This document shows, piece after piece, positions 10,850-21,528 of a stretch of DNA of 64,000 nucleotides. Each line of letters begins with the position of its first letter. Positions within the stretch are counted from its first letter, which is position 1. Origin of the DNA: Pelagomonas calceolata. Lineage: Eukaryota. The DNA lies in assembly GCA_918797485.1 (NCBI GenBank), contig CAKKNE010000004.1, positions 992,001 through 1,056,000 of the forward strand, given 5' to 3'. Below the pieces are notes generated by a model. That model saw only the letters and a list, made by a program, of their open reading frames with translations, ran no database searches and had not been told where the DNA came from. Position numbers and translations under genes: made by a program.

Positions 10850-11899
10850 ATGCGCCTCCATCGATGCTGCGCCGTCGCGGCGGCCCTCCACGCCGTCGCG
10901 CGGGCGCAGACGCCGTTGCAACGCCGCGTCGATGGCGCGGGGGCCGCCGCGGCCGTCGTCGCGCAGCAGACACAGCCACACGCGCCGCCGCGGCGCCGCC
11001 TCGCACGTCGGACGCGGAAAACGAGCGCTCGCGGACTGCCCGGCGCCGCGGTCCGAGCGCTCGCCGGTGACGTCATGACACCAGAAGACGAGACCGCCGT
11101 CGCGACGACCAACAAATGCGTCTTCCATTTACACACGCCCAAATGCGCGGGCACGTTTGTGTGGCGCTTCTTTCGCGACAAGTTTTGTACGGAGGAAGAG
11201 ACGTGTAAGCGAGGGACCTTGCGGCCGCCGCCACTATGCAAGTGCGCGGGCAACCCGATAACTACCGATGAAGCTGTTTTGGATGCGATCAAGCGAGGTG
11301 CGTATCGCTTCGTGTCGGCCCACTCGCGGCAGCCCTTCTCGGCGGCTTGTGCGCTGGCCGTGTGGTTTCGCGAACCTGTCTCTCGTGTTCGGTCCCATTA
11401 CGGCTACGTCGTCCACCGGAGACGTAGGAACGTGACTTTGTCGTCGTTGCTGGCTTCCAAAAGACCACCGAACTGGGTCTCGAACCAGCAGTGGGCCCTG
11501 TTCTTGCCTGGAAGTAGGGTGGCCGGCCAGCAGGCGCCGTCGTCCACACAGCTCGCCGAGGCGTCTTCCGAGTTGCAACGGGCGGCCTTCGTCGGCCTCG
11601 TCGAGGAGATGGACGCGAGCCTCTGCCGCTTCGCGCGGGCCTACCTCCAAACCCATGCTACGGAACTGTGCGCGCGCGGCGCGGGTGGCCGCCGCGAGAA
11701 CGTCGGACGACGGCCTTCGGCAGACGCGCGCGAGACGGCGCTCCTCGAGCGCTTTAATAAATTCGACGCGGCGCTGTACGAGCTGGCCGTCGCCGAGTTC
11801 GCGCGGCGAGGCTCCGGTGTCGTTGTTCCTGAGCCGCCTCCTGCCGAATTCGAGAACGTGTGGGAGGTGCGGACGGACGGGCTGGATGTCGTTGAGTAA
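10850..11899 (+). CDS. Secretory-pathway sulfotransferase (Sulfotransfer_2-like)
   Basis: FHLHTPKCAGT (5'-PSB), FREPVSRVRSHYGY (3'-PB), FVGLVEE, NKFDAALY. Confidence 0.85.
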   Translation: MRLHRCCAVAAALHAVARAQTPLQRRVDGAGAAAAVVAQQTQPHAPPRRRLARRTRKTSARGLPGAAVRALAGDVMTPEDETAVATTNKCVFHLHTPKCAGTFVWRFFRDKFCTEEETCKRGTLRPPPLCKCAGNPITTDEAVLDAIKRGAYRFVSAHSRQPFSAACALAVWFREPVSRVRSHYGYVVHRRRRNVTLSSLLASKRPPNWVSNQQWALFLPGSRVAGQQAPSSTQLAEASSELQRAAFVGLVEEMDASLCRFARAYLQTHATELCARGAGGRRENVGRRPSADARETALLERFNKFDAALYELAVAEFARRGSGVVVPEPPPAEFENVWEVRTDGLDVVE

Positions 11900-12812
11900 C
11901 ATGTCTTTCTTAATTCAGGGGGACAGGGCGACTCACTACAGAGCATGCTACTGCCTGTTATCAGACCTGCGGCCCGTACAGGTAAGACACTAGGCATCCC
12001 TACGAGCTTGTAAGCAAGAAACGCTGACGCATACATCGACGGCGAAGTTGCCCAAATGGTGGAGCACGTCCCCAGGGCAACGCTAAATTATTTAACTCCA
12101 TGATGTGCGCGCGCGGCGCGATGCGCGCGATGCCAGGACGACATCGCTTCGCAGACAAGGCTGCCCTGTGCAGCTGTCTCAGGTGCGCCGGCCGCCGCGC
12201 GCCGCTCTTTACGATGTCAAAACGAAAGCACAAGGATGATAGGCCGAGGTAATTTACACCTCAATGCCTAATTATTAGCTCGCAACAATGGCAGCCGGCG
12301 CCCGCACCAGCACCGCGGCGCCGCTCAGCGGTCCTTCTGGGGCAGCCGACGATGCGACGAGGCGCCGTGGCGATCGACTTGTCGCCGAGTTTCGAAGTCG
12401 GATGACGCTCAGACCTGCACGAGGTTTTGTATTCTCCGACCGCGATGTTCGCGACACTTCGACACGCTCAGTCAAGCTTCGAGCCCTCCACTGGGAAGCG
12501 ACGGTGGTCCCGGGTGCTTGGATTGGCGCATACTTTGTGGAGTTATTTTGCTGGGCAACTGCGCGTGGAAACGGAATTGCTATTGTGCATTGACATACTA
12601 GCATCTCTCATATTTTGCATTCGAACTTGTGATTGACAGTTCGACGGGAGTCGTGCTCGACGCCAAGCGTTTCCGCATTGCACGCGTTACGCACGGTTCG
12701 CTCCGCACCTGTGGCTCCAGAATTGACCTGGTTTTGCCACCTGTGGCAATTTCACTGGCATAAGCCCAGACCTACACCCCAGCAAAAAGACGACCGTCGC
12801 CACGCGCGCGAG

Positions 12813-14690
12813 ATGGTGACGCCGCCCTTCGACGCCGCCCTCGCCGAGGCCGTCAAGGAACAAGAGAAGCAGACCAAGAAGAAGGCGCCGTACTTCGGCG
12901 CATCGTCGCGAACCGAGGCGTTAGAGCTCAACGCCTGGAAAGAGATCGGCAAGGCGTGGAAGCGCGCGCCAAAGACGTGCTGGGACGCCTACGCCGAGCG
13001 CTACCCGGCCGCTGGCGCGAGTCAGGTCCGCTACGACGCGACGGTCAAAGCAGCGGTGCGGAGCGGCGCACGCGACGCGGAGGTGAAACGGGCGGCGGCC
13101 GTCTGCCACGACGCCGGGAGGAACGTCTGGCAGAATACGCACCAGTACCTGGACGGCGCCTCTCGTGCAGAGGTCCAGGAGCGACTCAAGGCGCTCGACT
13201 TCACGGCTCAGAAAGAAGTCTGGCTCGCGGACCTGCAGGCCGAGCGCGAGGCGATGAGAAAGCAGCTCGTCGACCGGACGATCACCTACGACGTGGACCT
13301 CTCGACGCACCGCGTCGTCGACGTCGATTTTCTCGAAGGCCAGGGCACCGAGCTCATGGCGTTCTGCGTCCCCGACAAGACGAGCGCGGAGTTCGATGAC
13401 TGCGAGGAGTGGCCGTGCTCCGCCAAACACGCGCTCATCTGGGCCGCTGGCGGCGTCGTCGACGAGCCCGAGGAGATGTCGGAGGACGAGGAGGAGCCGC
13501 CGGCCGTGCCCGATCCGCCGAAACCGCCGCCGCCACCGAAGACGCGCGCGGAGTTGAAGCGGGCCGCGAAGAGCGCGGCGCAGAGCGACGCCGCGCGGCA
13601 GACCAACAAGAAGGCGCGGAAGAAGGCGGCCGCCGACAAAGCCGCCGGCAAGGCCGAGGCGAAGAACGACGTCGTGCCGGACGACGGCGCGTTCCGCGAC
13701 TACGTGCCGCCGCACGAACGGATCGAGGGCGACAAGCGCCCGACGACGGTCGACGAGGACGCTCTGCGCGCGACGATCGGCGAAGCGTCGTTACTCGACG
13801 AGGCGACGGTGCAGACGCCCCTGGAGCGGTGCCTCGCGCCGTTTATGATGAAGCGGCCGCCGAAGGACGCGCCGGTCGTGCTGCCCGGCGAGGTCCTGCC
13901 GCGCATCGGCGGGGTCGGCTGGACGATCCAGGGCGACCGCGACCTCACGAAATTGACGCGCGCGGTCGAGATCATCACGGACGAGATCGAGGACGCCTGC
14001 GGCGGGTCGGGCCGGCGCGGCGACGCCATCAACGACGCCGCGGACGTCTACCTCGACGGCAAGCACGTCAAGGTGAAGAACAACCGCAACGGCGCCGGGT
14101 GCTTGCACGTCGTCGGTCCCAACGACGGCACGTCGTCGGACAAGTCGCGCGCCTTCCTGTCCTACGTCAAGCGCCTCGCGGCCAAGGCGCGCGACGCGGA
14201 CGACAAGGAGGCCCTCGAGTTCTTCGCCGCGCAGTGCGAGCGCTGGCTCTTCACGCGCACGCTCCTCGTGGAGCTCGCGACGTACCCCGCCGGGCGCGCG
14301 GGCAAGCCGCACCGCGACGAGGAGGAGCCCGACCTGACGAACCGGCACGACCACGGGGGCCGCGGCGGCAAGGCCAAGGGCCATCGGAAGGCGGGCCCGG
14401 TCAAGCTCCGCCTCGCGCTCTCGGTCCGCGGCCGGCGGTCGATGTCGTTCCGGGACACGCGCGGCTGGGTCGCGACGATCGACCGCAGTCCCGGACGCGG
14501 CGTGTGCTTCGTCGACGGCGCCCACACGCGCTCGCGCGGCGTCGTCGATCACCGAAACGACGCCGGCGACGAGCCCGGGGCGACGCTCATCCTGACGTTC
14601 CGCGCCGACGCCTCCTCCGCCTTCGACGACATGACGCCGGCCGAGCGGCTCTTCGCGCACGCCGGTATCGCGTTGTTCGCGGCCCACTAG
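12813..14690 (+). CDS. Uncharacterised protein with an N-terminal HMG-box-like segment and a C-terminal AlkB-like 2OG-Fe(II) dioxygenase domain
   Basis: Long intronless ORF with strong GC3; KEIGKAWKRAP...YAERY; TYPAG....HRD...LSVRGRRSMSFR...H...LILTFR. Confidence 0.7.
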   Translation: MVTPPFDAALAEAVKEQEKQTKKKAPYFGASSRTEALELNAWKEIGKAWKRAPKTCWDAYAERYPAAGASQVRYDATVKAAVRSGARDAEVKRAAAVCHDAGRNVWQNTHQYLDGASRAEVQERLKALDFTAQKEVWLADLQAEREAMRKQLVDRTITYDVDLSTHRVVDVDFLEGQGTELMAFCVPDKTSAEFDDCEEWPCSAKHALIWAAGGVVDEPEEMSEDEEEPPAVPDPPKPPPPPKTRAELKRAAKSAAQSDAARQTNKKARKKAAADKAAGKAEAKNDVVPDDGAFRDYVPPHERIEGDKRPTTVDEDALRATIGEASLLDEATVQTPLERCLAPFMMKRPPKDAPVVLPGEVLPRIGGVGWTIQGDRDLTKLTRAVEIITDEIEDACGGSGRRGDAINDAADVYLDGKHVKVKNNRNGAGCLHVVGPNDGTSSDKSRAFLSYVKRLAAKARDADDKEALEFFAAQCERWLFTRTLLVELATYPAGRAGKPHRDEEEPDLTNRHDHGGRGGKAKGHRKAGPVKLRLALSVRGRRSMSFRDTRGWVATIDRSPGRGVCFVDGAHTRSRGVVDHRNDAGDEPGATLILTFRADASSAFDDMTPAERLFAHAGIALFAAH

Positions 14691-14816
14691 GCTCTTTTCG
14701 GGTAAGGACTAGTACCATACCTTGAACATTACTACTAGTACACCCGGGCCTCCGGCATCCTCTACGCCGGCCGCCTCGCTCCCGAACGTCGCGTTCCAGG
14801 CCTCGTCTTGTTCTAT

Positions 14817-15470
14817 CTATCTAGCCCGCGGCCGCCGCCTCGAGCCGCGCGGCTTGTACTCCTCCTCGTCGGACACGCAATCGCTCGGCGGATCGTCGGA
14901 GTCGTAGGTGTCGCGGCGCCGGCGGCGCTTCGGCTTCTCGGGCGGCGGCGCGCGCGCCTGGTACACATACGTCCCGGGCGCCGGCGCCTCGGCGTCCGAG
15001 TCGTCGTCGCTCGTCGTCACGTCGAATTTTTCGTTTCCGTCGGAGTCGTACATATCATCCGCGGACCACTTCTTTTTCGCTGGTGATGGTTTTTTCTGCG
15101 GCTGGGGCGGCGGCGGCTGCCACTGCGGCGGCGGCCGCGGCGGCGGCGCTCCAGCTCTATAGACGTAGGTGCCGGGCCGAGGGGCTCCGGGTGCTCCGGG
15201 CACCGGCACACCGGGCGGCACAGACGGCGGCACCGGCGGCGACCGGGCCGGCTTGGCCGGCGACGGCTGGGGCGTCTTGTCCGCGGCCGGCGGCGGCGGC
15301 GGCGACGTCTTCTTGCGCTCCTCCTGGAGCCGCTTCGCCTCGTCAAGGCGCGCGACGGCCTGGCGGGCACGCGCGCGCAGGTCCGATTTCTCGACGCAGT
15401 CGACGCAGGACAGGCCCGCGCGGCCGATCAATGCTTTGAGCTCTTTGACGGACATGGCGTCGACGTCCAT
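14817..15470 (-). CDS. Proline-rich protein with N-terminal SAP-like (MSVKELK...CVEKSDL) domain
   Basis: SAP-like helix pair; duplicated PGTYVY.A.APPP motif. Confidence 0.65.
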   Translation of the reverse strand: MDVDAMSVKELKALIGRAGLSCVDCVEKSDLRARARQAVARLDEAKRLQEERKKTSPPPPPAADKTPQPSPAKPARSPPVPPSVPPGVPVPGAPGAPRPGTYVYRAGAPPPRPPPQWQPPPPQPQKKPSPAKKKWSADDMYDSDGNEKFDVTTSDDDSDAEAPAPGTYVYQARAPPPEKPKRRRRRDTYDSDDPPSDCVSDEEEYKPRGSRRRPRAR

Positions 15471-15702
15471 GGTCGCTGCGGCGGCTATGTCGTCGACTGC
15501 GACTGGTCGCGCGCGCGCGCCGCGATGAAATTGGTAACAGTTTGTTCGGGTGCTTTGCAGTGTGCGCGCCGCAGCCGTCGGCTCGGGAGCAAACCGATGC
15601 AGCAGCCTACAGAGCACCGTTTCGGGAGTCGCCGCGAGTAGCTGTATGACGCACCAACGGCTTCGCGGAGGAGCAGTGGCACCTCGGTCGTCGGCTCTGC
15701 TT

Positions 15703-15724
15703 GCTAGTGCCTTAGGCCGCTAGC
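15703..15724 (-). promoter_or_regulatory. CTAG inverted-repeat upstream element
   Basis: GCTAGTGCCTTAGGCCGCTAGC, about 230 nt upstream of ATG 15470. Confidence 0.55.
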
Positions 15725-16035
15725 CCGCCCCTGCCGCCGTTGCACATTGTTCGGGGGGGTTTGCCGAGGCGGTTCAGCTTAGAAGGAGGTACGCTGTTAT
15801 GAAAGAAGCGGCCCGCGCCCGCCGCCGATGAATCGGCGACGCGCGGTGTCTCCCCCCCAGGGGCTCCGCCCACTAGTCCTAGCACCGTAACATCGACCCG
15901 CCCCTGCCGCCGCCCTTAGTTATAGCACCGTAGCAATAAGCGGGGGACCCCTCGCGAGTCCTAGCGTAACAATATCAGCGGACCTCTCGCGAGTGGTATA
16001 TCATGAAAAATTGGCAAAACACGGGGTCCAGGACA

Positions 16036-17220
16036 CTACAACAACCCCTCCTTAATACCAGACGCCCGCGCGGCGAGCCACGCGAGCGCCTCCGAGAAGG
16101 ACGGCCGCGCCGCGACGGCCTTGCCCACCATCTTCCGCCGCAGGCCCACGACGATTCTACGTGAAACCGCGTTCCGCGCGTGGTCCTCGAGGAAGCCGAG
16201 GGCCCAGCCCCGGCTCCCCACGTCATAGACGTGGGTCTTCGACGACCAGGGCACGCAGTGTTTAGCTCGCACGCCGGAGGCATCAAAAGAAGCGCACCAG
16301 CCCTCGGCCTCGGGCGCCGCGGCCCGCTCGGGCACGCCCTGCGCCCGACTCCCCGGCCGCCAGTAGCACGCCGTCGTCGCGTTCCAGGCCGCCAGAGCCG
16401 CCGCGTCGACCAACCCGGCGCGACCCGTCCCCACGCCATTATCAATACACGAGTGGTGCTTGCGCGTCGCGGGGCACTGCGAGTTGAGCGCGCATGCCGT
16501 CGAATTCGGGAGGGGCAGGACGTGGCCGCTCGCGCCGAGGTAGGACCGGACGGGCGCGTCCAGGGCCTTGGGGCCGTCGACAATTGTGATAACAGGCGGC
16601 CTGCCCGGTTCCTCCCGCACCGAAAACTGGCGCCACGTGAGGTCATCTAAAAAGTAGCCGCCTTCCTCCGAAAAGCTCCGGAAGCACTCGAGCAACGCCT
16701 TCGCGAGCCGCAAAGGGCGTTTTCGGGCCATCTCGCGCGCGACCTTTTTGTGTTCTCCAAGCATGAGGAGCGGCGGCCCGGCGTCGTCGACGACGTACTC
16801 TAAACCTTGAGGTGTGTACCAGGCGCCCCTTAGTACCGGTATGCCCGGGCGCCCGCGGAGGTGCTCCATGAAGAAGAGCTCGGCGACGGCCTCGGCGCAG
16901 TGCTTCTCCATCTTGGGCAGCGGGCGCTTGCTCCGTTTATGTGTGAGCGCCAGCGTTGCGATCGGATCCGTACATATTACGCGCTTGCGCACGACCGAAA
17001 TCCCTCTCAATACACCCGCCTCGACGACCTTGGCCGAGCCCTTCGCGCGCGGCGTCCATTCTACTGAATCGGCGTCTTCATGAGAGACGGTCCAGGTCGG
17101 CAGCGGTGTTGTGTGCGCCTGGTGGAGTAAATCCTGCAAGTGGTCCAGGCGCTTCGTCGTCTCCGCGTCGAGCGGCGCGGCGGCCCGCGCCGCGGCGAGG
17201 GCGAGGGCCGCCCGGATCAT
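16036..17220 (-). CDS. Secreted kinase-like protein (PKDCC/POMK/FAM69-like)
   Basis: Signal peptide; AKGSAKVV Gly-loop-like, VVRK, AELFFMEHLRG, PVLRG, LDDLTWRQF, IVDGP; Cys-rich C-terminus. Confidence 0.6.
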   Translation of the reverse strand: MIRAALALAAARAAAPLDAETTKRLDHLQDLLHQAHTTPLPTWTVSHEDADSVEWTPRAKGSAKVVEAGVLRGISVVRKRVICTDPIATLALTHKRSKRPLPKMEKHCAEAVAELFFMEHLRGRPGIPVLRGAWYTPQGLEYVVDDAGPPLLMLGEHKKVAREMARKRPLRLAKALLECFRSFSEEGGYFLDDLTWRQFSVREEPGRPPVITIVDGPKALDAPVRSYLGASGHVLPLPNSTACALNSQCPATRKHHSCIDNGVGTGRAGLVDAAALAAWNATTACYWRPGSRAQGVPERAAAPEAEGWCASFDASGVRAKHCVPWSSKTHVYDVGSRGWALGFLEDHARNAVSRRIVVGLRRKMVGKAVAARPSFSEALAWLAARASGIKEGLL

Positions 17221-17560
17221 GCGGGACGGCTGCTGTTACCCGCGATGTGGGTGGCCACACAAAGACCTGCAACCCAGCATCCTCTCACGCCATGGCTGCA
17301 CTTGCGGGAGGCTGCCCCGGTGCGTCCGCTGCAGCGGTTACTGTGCTGCTGGTTGCCGGGCGCCTAGACGATGGTTTCCGAGTGCCTCGCGTAGCAATGG
17401 GGCTCCGTGTGCCGCTTGCTCCCGCGTAAAATTATAATTAATGGGGCTGTGCAATCTAATCTAGTGGGTATAACTAGCGCAATTACGAACAAAGGCAGTT
17501 ACTTGAGCACGGGTCCGAAGACTAGATTACACAAGGAGCGAGACGCTAAACAACGCCCTC

Positions 17561-18059
17561 TCACGCCGCCGCGAAAAACCACGCCGCGGCGGCGACGACC
17601 GCGCCCGCCACGACCGTCGCGCGCCGCGACGCCGCCGCGTCGTCGGCCCCGTGGTCGAACCCGCCCACGACGTTGCAGCCGTCCGTGGCGCACGTTCTGT
17701 ACGTGCAGCGCCCGCGCCGGCCTAACTCGTAGCCGTCGCAGACGTTGTCCGAGGCACCGTCGGTGTTGTGACAGAGTGCTTGACTACCACAGGCGCCGTC
17801 GGACACCGCGTAGAAGTTGCCTTCGAGCGTGCAGCACCTGCGAGTCATGCAGTCATGGAAACGCGGGACGCGCGACGCACCGGGCTGCCTCAAAAGTCAC
17901 ACAACAAACGTCCGCGCCGCTCGGGCACGTTTGCAACGCGACGCCATCCACAAAATCGCTGGAATGGGCCTTCAGGTCCGAATCGTGGGCGCGGCCGACA
18001 TGGCATTCGAGAGCAGCAGTGCTTGTGATGCAGGCGAGGGCGAGCCAGCGCTGCCCCAT
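17561..18059 (-). CDS. Cys-rich, probably GPI-anchored surface protein (Ly6/uPAR-like); exons 18059-17881, 17837-17561
   Basis: Signal peptide, LECH start, CATDGCN end, hydrophobic tail; a 43-bp GT-AG intron joins two track ORFs in frame. Confidence 0.7.
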
Positions 18060-18168
18060 GGCGCGCTGTGGTATGATGGGCTTTGTAGCGTGTGTTGCGT
18101 GCCGCGGCAGCGACGGCTTTGTGCGGTGGGCCGCGCGCCACAAGGCACAGCCGAATTATCCGGCGTGA

Positions 18169-18190
18169 GCTAGCGTACTAGGACACTAGC
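18169..18190 (+). promoter_or_regulatory. CTAG inverted-repeat element in a divergent promoter
   Basis: GCTAGCGTACTAGGACACTAGC between ATG 18059 (-) and ATG 18274 (+). Confidence 0.55.
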
Positions 18191-18273
18191 AGCTCCGGGG
18201 GCAAGCCAGCTACGTGCGGCAAGCGGTGCAATCCGAGCGAGTTTACACCCGTCAGAGACGCACACGTCGAGAT

Positions 18274-18916
18274 ATGTCGCTCCTCCGCCTGGCATCACGC
18301 CTGCCGCGCGCCGCCGCGCGCCATAATCTGAGATGCCTCTCCGGCTCTCACTCGGACTTCGAGACCGTGCGCAAGAAGGTGCCGGCCACGGCCGAGGGCG
18401 TCCAGGCCATGATCAAGGAGCAGGCGCGGCGCGGCGTCCCGCGACACCGCACACGCCGCGACGCCATCGACGCGGCCCCGCGACGCGCGTCGACGGCGTG
18501 ATGACGCGTCGATGGCGTCACGGTGGCATCGTTGCGCCACGACGCCGTCGACGCGGGCCGCGCGGAGGCAGAGCGCACGTGTCACGCCATCGCCGCGACG
18601 CCGGCGACGCGACCGCCCAACGCAGGTCGAGGGCACGCCCGTCATGCTCTACATGAAGGGCACGCCGCAGCAGCCCCAGTGCGGCTTCTCGCAGCAGGTC
18701 TGCCGCGTGCTCCACGCGACGGGCGTCGAGTTCGACTCCGTGAACGTCCTCGAGGACGAGTCGATTCGGGAGGGCGTCAAGCAGTACAGCGAGTGGCCGA
18801 CGATCCCCCAGCTGTATGTGGGCGGCGAATTTATCGGAGGCTGCGATATTGTGACCGAGGCGTTCCAGAGCGGCGAATTGGACGAGACGTTCCGGGCCGC
18901 GGGGGTGAAGAAGTAA
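18274..18916 (+). CDS. GRX5: Mitochondrial monothiol glutaredoxin; exons 18274-18423, 18626-18916
   Basis: Mitochondrial presequence; MKGTPQQPQCGFS, WPTIPQLY, GGCD; 202-bp GC-AG intron. Confidence 0.93.
18424..18625 (+). mobile_element. Family B introner-like GC-AG intron (202 bp)
   Basis: GCGCGGCG then CGGCGTCCCG; several ACGCCRTCGACGCG motifs in both orientations. Confidence 0.7.
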
Positions 18917-19136
18917 GGCACGCTAGCGTTCTTCGGGTCGCGGCGACGGCGTCGAGAGGCGCGGCGCCGCGGCGACGGCGTCAGCGTGGCGCTGTCTACG
19001 CACTTGTCTACGCCGTCGACGGTCGACGCCGTCGACGCGACTCACCCTTCGCTAAACTAACGCCATCATCGCCGCGAAAAGAGTACTTTCTACGCCAGTT
19101 ACACAGGGTGTCCTTTGTGACGGGGGGGGGGCGTAG

Positions 19137-21528
19137 TTAGGAACGGAGGACGGGCTCCTTGAGTTCGCACTCCGAGATGGGCGGCGGCACCACTTCTTCG
19201 GTAGCAATAGCAATCCCGTCACCGAGCTCGGAAATGATCGACTCCCGCTTCGCCAACACCCGACGAGCGGCTTGCGCTTGGAGTTGCACCGACTCGCGCA
19301 TGACCTCGACTTCAACCTGTTGCTTCTTCAAGTACAACGTCAACTTCTCCAATTGCCCAAAGAGCAACTTGATGTGCCGTTGTTTTTGTTCATTACCACG
19401 TAGAGAGAGAGCAGTGCAAGCCGCGACGTCGTACGACCGCCACGTCTGCCACCCAATGTTGAGGTAACTTTTCAGCATCTTGTGGATGATTTGCTTTTGG
19501 CGCTGCTCGTATTTCGCGCCGTTTTTTATTTTATCTTTCCAGACGCGCATGGCGTGGTGCTGCTTGATCTTCATCATCCGCGTCAGGATTCTGATGAGCA
19601 GTGACCGCTTGTCCTCGTCGAGGTTCGCGAAGGCTCTTTCGGTCTCGGCTTGCACCTGCGTATTCACTCAAAATCGACAAAGAAGCCACCCACAACACGA
19701 CGGGACGCCGAGCTCGCACGATGGCCTCGAGCTCGGTCTCGAACTTTTCTTTCAGCATCCTTTGACGCGCGACGCGCTCCTGGAGGGCTTTGATGATCGC
19801 TTCCGGCGGCATACTGGCTTCGTAGATCGTCGCCTTCCACTTCTGGAGCGCCATATTAACTTTCATATTTTGTAATTTGCCGAAGAAGCCCTTCCACACT
19901 TTATAAGATTTGGCGTACATGAGATAGATGGCTTTCCATCTGATGAAGTAGGCGTTCTTGGCCTCGGGACCGCCTTTCGCGAATATAGACACTAGAAAAT
20001 TGCGTTTCCGCGTATCCAAGCTTCGCATGGCCACGTCCGACAATGCTTTCAGTTTCTGCTCGACCAACGCTTCCGCTTCGACCTCTTTGGCCTTGCATTC
20101 GGCATATTCCGCCTCGAGCCGCGCACAGATCTTGAGCTTCGCGAGACCGCCGTCCGCCTCGCTCCAGCCGTTCCAGGACCGCCAGGCCGCGACCTTCATG
20201 TTCCTCTGCGCGTTCATCATGATCTGCAGGACCATCTTGCAGAGCTGGACGTGCCTGCGCGGAGCATCGTATTCACTGGAAGCGGTCCGAACGGCCTCAA
20301 ATTCGAAAAATAAGCCACCCAGCGGCTTCTCTGATGGAGACGACGCGCGTCGACGGCGTGAAGGCGTCTCTACACAACGGGACGCCGAGATCGTGCTCCA
20401 AAAAGAAAATCCGATCCTCGAAGTCGTGCATCTCGTTGTGGAGCGACTCCAATGTCCTTGTAACTTTTTCGACGTTCGTCACTTGGGCCCTTGCATTTTC
20501 GATGGAACTTTCCACAAAATCGATGTCGCCCTTCGACTTCATGTGCTCCAGGTCGTCTTCGTCCTGCGTGGCACGACGCCGTCGCGAAACTGCCGACGCG
20601 CAGCCTCTCGCACGGCCACGTCGACGGCGTCGCGGCGGCGTGATATCGTGGAGACGCCATCTTCCCAAAATTCAAGTTGAGAAATCGAAGGAAATCACGC
20701 CGAGTCACGGACCATCTTGACGACGTTGCCGTGGCTCTTGAGGTCGCTCGCGTGGATCGTGAGTCGCTTGTCATCGCCCTCCTTGTCCAGTGGCGCAGAA
20801 CCGGCTATTATGACGGTCTTGCGATTCCGCGACGTCGGTCGCCGCGTCTCGACGTGCGCGTGGTCGTAGAGGTGCGTGGACTTCTTCTCTTCGGCGGCTG
20901 GCGTCGTCGTGCCGTAGTCACCGTAATTGGACGTGCCGTAGCCGCTGGACGCACCGTAGTCGGTGGCGGGCTTCGCGCCGTAGTCGCCGGCGCCGTAGGA
21001 CGACGCGCCAGCAGCGCCGTAGTTCGACGACGAGCCGTAGTCGCCGTAGGACGTGGCCGGCGCCTCGTATTTCGACGAGAAGCGGTCGCCGCCCTCGCCG
21101 CTGTACGCGTTATCGGCGAAGAGCGACCGCGCGGCCGGCTCCGCTGAACCGGAGATGGGCGGGAAGCCCCCACCGCTAAGGCCGGGGCCCTCGCTGTGGA
21201 AGCCCCGCTGGTACTTGCTACCCGCCCAGTCCGCGTCGTCCTGGTTGTATTGCAAAGGGGCGTCGGCGCCCATTCCGCCGCGGCCGAACGTCCGGCGATG
21301 CTCCTCGTGGAGACTTACGCCGGGCTCGTCGCTCCGGTAGATGGGTTCATCATAACTGGATTGTCGGGGGTTCCCAAATCCGGTCGGGTTCGCTAACGTG
21401 CCTCGTTCTAAGCTCACACGTCTTCGCGACTGCTGCAGGGACGCCGAGAACTGGTCTCTACTAGTTCCGAACCACTCCTTCTCCCGGCTCTTGATGTCGG
21501 CCCGGCTGATGGAGACCGTGCCGGGCAT
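19137..21528 (-). CDS. Hypothetical coiled-coil protein with Gly/Tyr/Ser-rich N-terminus; exons 21528-20713, 20563-20397, 20254-19720, 19655-19137
   Basis: Four track ORFs join in frame through introns 20564-20712, 20255-20396 (GC-AG) and 19656-19719. Confidence 0.75.
19656..19719 (-). mobile_element. Short family B introner (64 bp) with 7/8 TSD
   Basis: GTGCGAGC-TCGGCGTCCCG...GGGTGGCTT...CAG|GTGCAAGC. Confidence 0.75.
20255..20396 (-). mobile_element. Family B introner (142-bp GC-AG intron) with 6/8 TSD
   Basis: GCACGATC-TCGGCGTCCCG...GGGTGGCTT...GAGGCCGTTCGGACCGC...CAG|GCACGTCC; shares blocks with 27539-27756. Confidence 0.75.

Noticed and set aside
10900..10980. Possible intron in the 5' part of the sulfotransferase (contains CGCGTCGATGGCG)
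   Set aside because: The frame is open and I could not place a convincing donor; left as coding
13409..14725. Long overlapping Arg/Ala/Pro-rich ORFs here and throughout the track
   Set aside because: Shadow frames of high-GC3 genes with no recognisable motifs
11900..14760. The AlkB-like gene region as an intact transposon
   Set aside because: I found no TIR, TSD or transposase motif at its flanks
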